Both the position numbers and the translations under genes were made by a program. From an uncultured Cypionkella sp. (lineage in GTDB: Bacteria; Pseudomonadota; Alphaproteobacteria; Rhodobacterales; Rhodobacteraceae), in contig CBDUEF010000001.1 of the NCBI GenBank assembly GCA_965366095.1, positions 1 to 25,094 of the forward strand: a stretch of DNA of 25,094 nt, in the 5' to 3' direction. Numbering within the stretch: the stretch's first letter is position 1; the number at the start of each line of letters is the position of its first letter. Below the pieces are notes generated by a model that saw only the letters and a program-made list of their open reading frames with translations, was not told where the DNA came from and did not search any database. This document shows positions 1 through 6,559 of the stretch, in pieces.

Positions 1-426
1 ATCGGAACCGGGTTGCTGGTGGTCAACATCACCTTGTCGGCGGTGGCGGCGATGGTCCTGGAGGTGATCTTTCAGCGCAGCCATGGCTGGCTGTTGCGCG
101 AACCGCACCGGCCCAAACTGGTGCTGTTGCTGGCGGGCGTGTCGCTTTGGGTGTTGGGGGTGGTGACGGCGGGAGTCTGGATCTGGGCTGTCGCCTATTA
201 CTGTCTGGGCGTGTTTCAGACGCTGGAAGAGGCGGTTTATTTCTCGCTGGTGGCCTATACGACTTTGGGGTTTGGTGACGTGCTGTTGCAGCATCAGTGG
301 CGGTTGCTGGCCGGGATGGAGGCGGCCAACGGCTTTTTGAATTTCGGGATGCTGACCGCGCTTTTGGTGGAAACCTTGCGGACGGCGCGGTTGGGGCAGG
401 CCGAGCATCGTCGCAAGCGCGGCTAG
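1..426 (+). CDS. Small potassium-channel-family (Ion_trans_2-like) membrane protein, 5'-truncated
   Basis: Pore helix and selectivity filter YFSLVAYTTLGFGD flanked by hydrophobic helices. The frame is open from base 1 (ATC GGA ACC GGG TTG), so the real start is probably upstream of the window, not the TTG at 13. Confidence 0.85.
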   Translation: MGTGLLVVNITLSAVAAMVLEVIFQRSHGWLLREPHRPKLVLLLAGVSLWVLGVVTAGVWIWAVAYYCLGVFQTLEEAVYFSLVAYTTLGFGDVLLQHQWRLLAGMEAANGFLNFGMLTALLVETLRTARLGQAEHRRKRG

Positions 427-1019
427 GCCAAGAGCGCTTGTCGACGCAGCAAAAAGCTGCGGGCATCGGCGGCGTCAAGGCGCGGGAAAAAGCTGTTTTC
501 AGGAAAGCTTGTGGCCCCATCGATCACGCTGGGGCAATGCAACAGCAGGCCAGAATTGGCATAGACCACCTCTTCATCGGCGAACATCGGGATCAGCACT
601 TCCATCGCCTTGGGGTGGTAATACCGATGCACGCCCGCCATGCCTATCAAGGCGCGTGCGGCCAGCAAGGCAAAGGGTGCGCCGCCAAGGCTGGGGTCGT
701 TCAGCGTATCCAAAAGCAGGTGTTGGCCAGGCAGCAAAAGCAGGTCAGAGCAGGTATCAAGGCTGCCGCCGGGCACATGCACCAGCGCGGTTTCGGCCTC
801 GGGCGACAGGATGCGGCGATCCAGCCGCAGGATTTTGGCAAGCCCGCCGTCAAGGGTTTGCACGCGGTCGCCAGCTGTCAGGGTTTCAATTTTGCGCCAG
901 CCTTGGGCCGTTTCCAACAGCGTGCCCGCGGTGATGCCTGTGGTGACAGGGGCCAGCAGGCTGGGGGTGCGCGCAATGGCAGTTGCGCGGGAGGTGCGGG
1001 TGAAATCTTTCATAAACAT
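423..1019 (-). CDS. Stand-alone Hint-domain (Hint_2/BIL-like) protein, catalytically degenerate
   Basis: N-terminal block GITAGTLLETAQGWRKIETLTAGDRVQTLDGG, block B-like LLLPGQH, C-terminal block VVYANSGLLLHC. ATG at 1019 has an AAAGGA SD, so it is preferred over the track start at 1091. Confidence 0.82.
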   Translation of the reverse strand: MFMKDFTRTSRATAIARTPSLLAPVTTGITAGTLLETAQGWRKIETLTAGDRVQTLDGGLAKILRLDRRILSPEAETALVHVPGGSLDTCSDLLLLPGQHLLLDTLNDPSLGGAPFALLAARALIGMAGVHRYYHPKAMEVLIPMFADEEVVYANSGLLLHCPSVIDGATSFPENSFFPRLDAADARSFLLRRQALLA

Positions 1020-1036
1020 GGGCTTATCCTTTGGTT

Positions 1037-1051
1037 GAAACGGGCTGTTAA
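1037..1051 (-). promoter_or_regulatory. Weak CtrA-like site (TTAA-N7-TTTC) just upstream of the Hint gene
   Basis: Minus strand reads TTAACAGCCCGTTTC, a 6/8 match to TTAA-N7-TTAA, 18-32 bp upstream of the ATG. Confidence 0.25.
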
Positions 1052-1200
1052 GGTCTGTGGCGGTTTTGCTCGCCCTGTGCCCAATCAGCACCCAGATTTC
1101 GCCATTTTTTCGACAAGCCTGCGGCGGTGGTTTGTCATTGGCTCGCGCGGCGAAACAATGCCCATCGAAAAGGGCGGGATGACCCTGAAAGATCAGCGGA

Positions 1201-1215
1201 TTAGATGTTTGTTAA
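1201..1215 (-). promoter_or_regulatory. CtrA-like site (TTAA-N7-CTAA) in the DMT-Hint intergenic region
   Basis: Plus strand TTAGATGTTTGTTAA, minus strand TTAACAAACATCTAA, a 7/8 match to the CtrA consensus in an AT-rich patch. Confidence 0.4.
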
Positions 1216-1235
1216 GCAACAATCTCGCGGAGGGC

Positions 1236-2108
1236 TCAGGCGATTCGCCGTTTTTGCCCAAGAATCAGCACACCACAGATCACGATGATGGCGCTGCCGA
1301 TGAAGGTGGCGGCATCGGGTCGCTCGTGGAACAACACAACGCCTACGACCATCGCAAAAAGCAGCCGGGTGTAGCGGAAGGGGGTGACCACCGCCACCTC
1401 GCCGTTGCGCATGGCATTGGTCAGGGCGGCGTAAGAGCAAGTGCCGAAAGCCGTAGCCCCGGCAACCATGGCAAGTCCGGTGAGATCGGGCCATTTCGCA
1501 CCACGAGACACCAGCAGGATCACCACGCCCGCAAGGGCCAGCACCAGAAACCCGGCCACGCCAAGCTGCGCGTTCGTCAGCGCCGGGGGCGCGGCGCGGG
1601 TGGCCAGATCGCGCCCGGCAAAGCCCAGCATCCCGGCCAGCGCCAGCAGCGCCAAAGCGTCAAAGCCATGCAGGCCGGGCCGGATGATCACCAACACGCC
1701 GACGAACCCCAGGGCGATCAAAAGCCAGCGCCATGGGCTGACCTTTTCTTGAAACAGCCACGCCGCCCCCAAAACCACGACCAGCGGCGTTGCCTGCAAG
1801 ATTGCCGAAGCGGTGGAAATCGGGGTGAGGGCGATGGCAAGGGCGTAAAAGAGCCGACCGTTCACTTCCAGCACCGAGCGCATGACCATGGTGCGCGACA
1901 AAAGCGCGGGCGGAAAGGCCTGTTCACCACGCCGGATGGCAACCGAAGCAAAGATCAGAGCCCCGGCGAGACCCATCATCACCAAAACCTGGCCGATGGG
2001 CAGATGGCCGGCGGCGAATTTCAAAAACGCATCCTCGACGGCGAAACCCGCCATGGCGCCGGTCATCCATAGGCTGCCGGCCAGGTTGCCACTCGCGTCA
2101 CGCGCCAT
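1236..2108 (-). CDS. DMT/EamA-family transporter
   Basis: 290 aa with about 10 hydrophobic segments in two EamA-like repeats. Motifs FLQEKV-like FQEKVSPWRW, GVLVIIRPG and VVTPFRYTRLLFA...LFHERP. Confidence 0.9.
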   Translation of the reverse strand: MARDASGNLAGSLWMTGAMAGFAVEDAFLKFAAGHLPIGQVLVMMGLAGALIFASVAIRRGEQAFPPALLSRTMVMRSVLEVNGRLFYALAIALTPISTASAILQATPLVVVLGAAWLFQEKVSPWRWLLIALGFVGVLVIIRPGLHGFDALALLALAGMLGFAGRDLATRAAPPALTNAQLGVAGFLVLALAGVVILLVSRGAKWPDLTGLAMVAGATAFGTCSYAALTNAMRNGEVAVVTPFRYTRLLFAMVVGVVLFHERPDAATFIGSAIIVICGVLILGQKRRIA

Positions 2109-2138
2109 GATGGCCGCAGGTGTTGAATGTGAAGGTCA

Positions 2139-2169
2139 TGTCTGGGGCTACCGTGTCTGGGGCTACCGT
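2139..2169. repeat. Perfect 15-bp tandem duplication TGTCTGGGGCTACCG x2 (+T)
   Basis: Positions 2139-2153 and 2154-2168 are identical, read directly from the sequence. Confidence 0.97.
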
Positions 2170-2242
2170 TTTTCGAATGCTCGGCTGTGTTTGGCATGGG
2201 CTGCGGGCGGGTGCCATCGAAATTGCGCAGGACCGAAGGCGA

Positions 2243-3136
2243 TCAGCCATCCCGCTCGGCCAATGCCCAATCGATAAAAGCCTTAACGGTCTTTTCAGTG
2301 CGGCGATTGCGGGCTGTGGTGGAGATAAGGAAATAATCTGATCCGACAGGATGGGTGTGATCGAAAAGCTGGATCAGGCTACCCGAATCGATATCAGGGC
2401 CGACCATCGCCAACGGGCAGAGAGCCACGCCCTGGCCAGACAGCGCCGCCGCGCGGAGCAGGTTGAAATCCTCGAAAATCGGGCCGACGAGGGCAGGCTG
2501 TGGTGAATGTCCCATCTGACGCAGCCAATCTTCCCACCCCTGATGCCCCCCGTCATGCAAAAGGCCAAGCCCGATGATCTCGGCTGCGGTTTGGGGGGGG
2601 GCTGTGGTTTTTTGCAACAGGGTTGGGCTACAGACGGGAGCACTGTCGCCTTTCAGGAAGAACTGGCTGGTGACGCCGGGCAGCTGCGGGGGCTGTGGCG
2701 CAAAGACAAAAGCCAGGTCGATGTCTTTGAAATTGATGTCGCGCCCGTGCATTGCATAGAGGATCCTTGTTTCGATTTCCGGAAAGGCGGCGCGAAAGCC
2801 ACTAAGCCTTGGGATCAGCCAGCACATGGCAACCGATGGAATGGCAGCGATAACAAGCGCCTGCGAGGTGGTACCATCCCGCAACCGGGTGCAGACTGCC
2901 TCAATCTCGGACAGCGACAGCGACAGTGCGCGGCCAAGGTCTGCACCATGCGGTAACAGCCGCGCACGGTTGCCTTCGCGTTCAAACAGCGGTGTGCCGA
3001 GCCAATCCTCGAAATGGCGGACCTGATGGCTGATGGCCGATTGGGTGACGAAAAGCGCATCTGCGGCGGCCTTGAACGAGCCAAGCCGGGCAACGGCTTC
3101 GAACGCGCGCAGGGCATTGAGCGGGGGCGTGGACAT
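2243..3136 (-). CDS. LysR-family regulator, GcvA-like
   Basis: PPLNALRAFEAVARLGSFKAAADALFVTQSAISHQVRHFEDWLG HTH. Effector domain has WLIPRLSGF, LLHD and GQGVAL, typical of the GcvA subfamily. Confidence 0.93.
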   Translation of the reverse strand: MSTPPLNALRAFEAVARLGSFKAAADALFVTQSAISHQVRHFEDWLGTPLFEREGNRARLLPHGADLGRALSLSLSEIEAVCTRLRDGTTSQALVIAAIPSVAMCWLIPRLSGFRAAFPEIETRILYAMHGRDINFKDIDLAFVFAPQPPQLPGVTSQFFLKGDSAPVCSPTLLQKTTAPPQTAAEIIGLGLLHDGGHQGWEDWLRQMGHSPQPALVGPIFEDFNLLRAAALSGQGVALCPLAMVGPDIDSGSLIQLFDHTHPVGSDYFLISTTARNRRTEKTVKAFIDWALAERDG

Positions 3137-3150
3137 ATCAAGTCCTTAGG

Positions 3151-3165
3151 ATGAGATTTTCTAAT
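3151..3165. promoter_or_regulatory. LysR recognition site (T-N11-A dyad) of GcvA type
   Basis: ATGAGATTTTCTAAT, an imperfect dyad ATGAG-N5-CTAAT containing the CTAAT core of GcvA sites. It lies 14 bp upstream of the LysR start and about 25-35 bp upstream of the creatinase -35. Confidence 0.7.
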
Positions 3166-3187
3166 ACTAAGCCTGAAAGAACATCTT

Positions 3188-3217
3188 TTGACAAGCCATG
3201 GTTTCGAGGGCTTTGCT
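3188..3217 (+). promoter_or_regulatory. Putative sigma70 promoter of creatinase
   Basis: Perfect TTGACA at 3188-3193. The -10 region (CTTTGCT, ~3211-3217) is poor, consistent with activator dependence. Confidence 0.5.
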
Positions 3218-3262
3218 GGCGTGGAATTGGCCAGCCCTTAACCACAACAGATGGAGGATTTT

Positions 3263-4486
3263 ATGGAACGCGAACGCTTTCAAAACTATGTCGACAACGG
3301 CCACAAAGCCGAGCCGACTTTCTCGGATGCCGAGATGCAGCGGCGTCTGGATGCGATCCGCGGCCATATGGCCAAGGAAGGAATCGATGCAGCGCTGTTC
3401 TCCAGCTATCATTGCATCAACTATTATGCCGATTTCCTGTTTTGCTATTTTGGCCGCCGTTACGGCTTTTTGGTCGATCACAACATCGCCACGTCGATCA
3501 GCGCGGGCATTGATGGTGGCCAGCCTTGGCGCCGGACCTTTGGCGGCAAGAACCTGACCTATACCGACTGGCAGAAAGACAATTATTTTCATGCCATTCG
3601 CAGCCTGACCGGCGGCGTCAAGCGGTTGGGCATCGAGTTTGACCATATCAACATCGACACGCTGAACCTGCTGAAATCGGAATTCCCCAACATGGAATTC
3701 GTCGATATCGCAGCGGCGTCGATGCGCTTGCGGATGATCAAATCGGGCGAGGAAATCGCGCATATCACCAAGATGACCCGGATCGCCGATATCGGTGGCG
3801 CGGCTTGCGTCGAGGCGATTGCCGTGGGCGTTCCCGAGCATGAGGTGGCGCTGCATTCCACCGCGACCATGGTGCGCGAGATTGCCAAGGTCTGGCCCGC
3901 AGGCGAGTTGCTGGACACCTGGACCTGGTTCCAGTCGGGCATCAACACCGATGGCGCGCACAACCCAGTGACCAGCCGCAAGATCGAAAAGGGCGATATC
4001 CTGTCGCTAAACTGCTTCCCGATGGTGGCCGGTTACTACGTGGCGCTGGAGCGGACGCTGTTCTCGGAAGAGGCCTCGGACGAGCATATCCGCCTGTGGA
4101 ACATCAACTGCGCTGTGCATGATCGCGGCAAGGAATTGCTGGTGCCAGGCGCCAAGTGCAGCGACATCGCCAAGGAATTGAACGAGATGTATGCGGCCGA
4201 AAATCTGCTGCAATACCGCAGCTTTGGCTATGGCCACTCGTTCGGCGTGCTGTGCCATTACTATGGCCGTGAAGCTGGTCTGGAACTGCGCGAAGATTGC
4301 GATACGGTTCTGGAAGAGGGCATGGTTGTGTCGATGGAGCCGATGATCACGGTTCCGAACCACCTGCCGGGCGCTGGCGGCTACCGCGAGCATGACATTC
4401 TGGTCATCACCAAAGACAACAACAAGGGCAACACCAACATCACCGGTTTCGCCTATGGTCCCGAGCATCTGATCGTCAAGAACTGA
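3263..4486 (+). CDS. creA: Creatinase (creatine amidinohydrolase, EC 3.5.3.3; M24 fold)
   Basis: Blocks closely match recalled Pseudomonas putida creatinase: SYHCINYYADFL, IDGGQPWRRT, YTDWQKDNYF, WFQSGINTDGAHNP (catalytic His), LSLNCFPM, ALERTLF, FGYGHSFG, YYGREAGLELRED, GGYREHDIL. GGAGG SD at 3253-3257 supports ATG 3263. Confidence 0.96.
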   Translation: MERERFQNYVDNGHKAEPTFSDAEMQRRLDAIRGHMAKEGIDAALFSSYHCINYYADFLFCYFGRRYGFLVDHNIATSISAGIDGGQPWRRTFGGKNLTYTDWQKDNYFHAIRSLTGGVKRLGIEFDHINIDTLNLLKSEFPNMEFVDIAAASMRLRMIKSGEEIAHITKMTRIADIGGAACVEAIAVGVPEHEVALHSTATMVREIAKVWPAGELLDTWTWFQSGINTDGAHNPVTSRKIEKGDILSLNCFPMVAGYYVALERTLFSEEASDEHIRLWNINCAVHDRGKELLVPGAKCSDIAKELNEMYAAENLLQYRSFGYGHSFGVLCHYYGREAGLELREDCDTVLEEGMVVSMEPMITVPNHLPGAGGYREHDILVITKDNNKGNTNITGFAYGPEHLIVKN

Positions 4487-4508
4487 TCTCAGGCTGTCTT
4501 ACCCTGCT

Positions 4509-4546
4509 CACCCCCGGTGCCAAAGCGCCGGGGGTGTTGCGTTTCT
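4509..4546 (+). terminator. Rho-independent terminator of creatinase
   Basis: CACCCCCGGTGC-CAAA-GCGCCGGGGGTG, a 12-bp stem with one G-U, followed by TTGCGTTTCT. Confidence 0.75.
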
Positions 4547-4571
4547 AGGGGGCTTGTGGCTGCCACGCTCT

Positions 4572-4615
4572 GACAAATGAAACGCCTGCCCCGCAATGAT
4601 ACGGGACAGGCGTTT
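4572..4615 (-). terminator. Rho-independent terminator of creatininase
   Basis: Minus strand AAACGCCTGTCCCG-tatcattg-CGGGGCAGGCGTTT, a 14-bp stem with a G-U that pairs only on this strand, followed by CATTTGTC. Confidence 0.75.
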
Positions 4616-4675
4616 GATGTCGGTGTAGGATGCAAGGATTGATCCGGCGGCAATGCGCCGGAGTATGGTAAATCG

Positions 4676-5452
4676 TTAGCCGAATTCGGCGCGCAGGGCC
4701 CCGATAATGCCAGTGGTGCAAACGTCGAGCAGAATCTCGCCCTTTTCAGCCGAGGCCTCTTTGGGCGAGGACAGCGTGCCGGAAATTGGTGTCCATTCCG
4801 GTTTGACGGGATAGACATCATAGGGCGGGAAACTGGCCGGGGTCACATCAAGGGCGCGGTCAAGGTGGACAAGGTGGGGATGAAGCGCCAGCATCAACGA
4901 GGTTTCAAGAACGCCGCCATGTTCCAGATCCCAACCGGGGAAGCCGTTGGGATAAAGCTGGGCGATGGTGGGTTTGGTGACGAAATCCCAATAGGACAGC
5001 ACCACGATTTTCATATCGGTAACGCCGCCCCATTTCAACTCGCGCAGGGCCAGATCAATGCCCTCGACGATGAACCAGGAATTTTCGAAATGCCCATTCA
5101 CAAGGCAGATTTGGCGCACACCGTGACGGGCGAATTCCTTGATCACATCGCGCAGGGCAGCAACCAGAGTGGCCCCATCCAGCGAAGTGGTGCCGGGCAG
5201 GTGATTGCCGCCACCAGATTTCTGATGCGATTTATAGCCATAGGTGAAGGGTGGCGCGACCAGCCCACCCACCGCAAGCGCGGCACGCCGGGCGAATTCC
5301 GTGGGCAGCAACACGTCGACATGCAACGGCATGTGATGCCCGTGCTGCTCCATCGAGCCGATGGGGATGAGAATCGGGGTCTTGCCCCCTTTGACGGCAC
5401 GGTCGTAATCGGGCCAGGTGAGTTCAGAGGCGAAGGCAGTGGAAAAGGTCAT
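4676..5452 (-). CDS. crnA: Creatininase (creatinine amidohydrolase, EC 3.5.2.10)
   Basis: Metal-ligand motifs EQHGHHMPLHVD, NGHFEN and EHGGVLET. Segments matching recalled P. putida CrnA: GYKSHQKSGGGNHLPGTTSLDGATL, VEGIDLALREL, VLSYWDFV, FPPYDVYP, GTLSS. Confidence 0.95.
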   Translation of the reverse strand: MTFSTAFASELTWPDYDRAVKGGKTPILIPIGSMEQHGHHMPLHVDVLLPTEFARRAALAVGGLVAPPFTYGYKSHQKSGGGNHLPGTTSLDGATLVAALRDVIKEFARHGVRQICLVNGHFENSWFIVEGIDLALRELKWGGVTDMKIVVLSYWDFVTKPTIAQLYPNGFPGWDLEHGGVLETSLMLALHPHLVHLDRALDVTPASFPPYDVYPVKPEWTPISGTLSSPKEASAEKGEILLDVCTTGIIGALRAEFG

Positions 5453-5515
5453 GGCGAGCCTTGGGTAAAAAGGGTATTTAGGGCAAGCCTAAGGCGTTCG
5501 GCGCCCACAACAAAA

Positions 5516-5530
5516 ATAGATAGTCGAAAT
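5516..5530. promoter_or_regulatory. Possible LysR T-N11-A site in the crnA/LysR2 divergent region
   Basis: ATAGATAGTCGAAAT with T5517-N11-A5529 and AT...AT ends, 23 bp upstream of the LysR ATG. Confidence 0.35.
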
Positions 5531-5553
5531 GCAAGGATAGGGGGGGCAAATCC

Positions 5554-6447
5554 ATGGCGGGGATAACCAATCTACCGACGGACCTTTTGCGCACCTTTGT
5601 CACGGTGGTTGAACTGGGTGGCCATTCGCGCGCGGGGGCGGTTCTGGGCCGCAGCCAACCCGCGATTTCGCTGCAAATCCAAAGGTTAGAGGAATTGGTG
5701 CGCGCGCCGCTGCTCTCGCAAGAGGGGCGGGTGATCTTGCCCACTCCGGCGGGTGAGGCGCTGCTCAGCTATGCGCGCGAGATGTTGCGGATCAATGACG
5801 AGGCGGTGACTTATTTTCACCGCTCGGGCAAGACAGGTGTGCTGCGCATTGGCCTGCCCACCGATTATGCGGTGGCGTTTTTGCAAAAGACCCTGACCGC
5901 GTTTTTAGGCGAACACAGCGATGTCGAGATCGAATTGCACTGCGATCTCAGCCGGGAGTTGCATCAGCATTTGCGATCTGATGATTTGGATGTGATTGTG
6001 GCGATGATGCCAACGGCGCGCATGCCCTATTTGTCGCGCGCCTGGATCGAACAGCCGTTCTGGGCGGCGGCCGAAGGCTATGTGCCGGTGCCGCATCGCC
6101 CGGTGCCTTTGGGCGCGCATCCCGAGGGCTGTGAATATCGCTCGCGCATGGTGCAGGCCTTGGATGCGGTTGAGCGCCGTTGGCGGGTTGTCTACACTGG
6201 CCCCGGCATCAACGGCTTGCAAAGCGCTGTTTTGAATGGGATTTGTGTAACGGCCTTGACTAATGCGACCATCCTGCCGGGGATGCGCATCTTGACCGAG
6301 GCCGAGGGATTCCCGGCGCTTGAAGAAATGCGGGTCGGGCTGTTTTACAAACAATCACGGCTGTCGCCGGCGGGGACGAAACTGGTCAGCGATCTGGTTG
6401 CGGGGCTGGACAGTGTGGGATCAGGCGTGACCCCGGTGCCGAAGTAG
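5554..6447 (+). CDS. LysR-family regulator, LrhA/PecT-like
   Basis: NLPTDLLRTFVTVVELGGHSRAGAVLGRSQPAISLQIQRLEE HTH, plus LRIGLPTDYA and PVPL...CEYR, resembling the LrhA-like effector domain. Confidence 0.92.
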   Translation: MAGITNLPTDLLRTFVTVVELGGHSRAGAVLGRSQPAISLQIQRLEELVRAPLLSQEGRVILPTPAGEALLSYAREMLRINDEAVTYFHRSGKTGVLRIGLPTDYAVAFLQKTLTAFLGEHSDVEIELHCDLSRELHQHLRSDDLDVIVAMMPTARMPYLSRAWIEQPFWAAAEGYVPVPHRPVPLGAHPEGCEYRSRMVQALDAVERRWRVVYTGPGINGLQSAVLNGICVTALTNATILPGMRILTEAEGFPALEEMRVGLFYKQSRLSPAGTKLVSDLVAGLDSVGSGVTPVPK

Positions 6448-6559
6448 CGGCCGGGCATAACCGGCGCAAATCCGAGGATAATAAGAACAGATTTTGTTTG
6501 AGCGGACCGTTCCCTTAGCGTCACTGCATAAGAATAAACACCAACGAAGGGAGTCTAGA

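Noticed and set aside
297-2072. 591-aa plus-strand ORF
   Set aside because: Antisense shadow over the Hint and DMT genes, with Q/H/R/G-rich composition typical of reverse-frame reads in GC-rich DNA and no recognisable motif.
1236-2108. DMT transporter as part of the creatine system (e.g. a product exporter)
   Set aside because: The only support is adjacency. The family is abundant in these genomes, and no shared operator with the island genes was found.
2120-2341. 73-aa ORF containing SGATV-SGATV
   Set aside because: The peptide repeat only reflects the 15-bp DNA duplication. The ORF has a TTG start, no SD, and overlaps the LysR1 3' end on the opposite strand.
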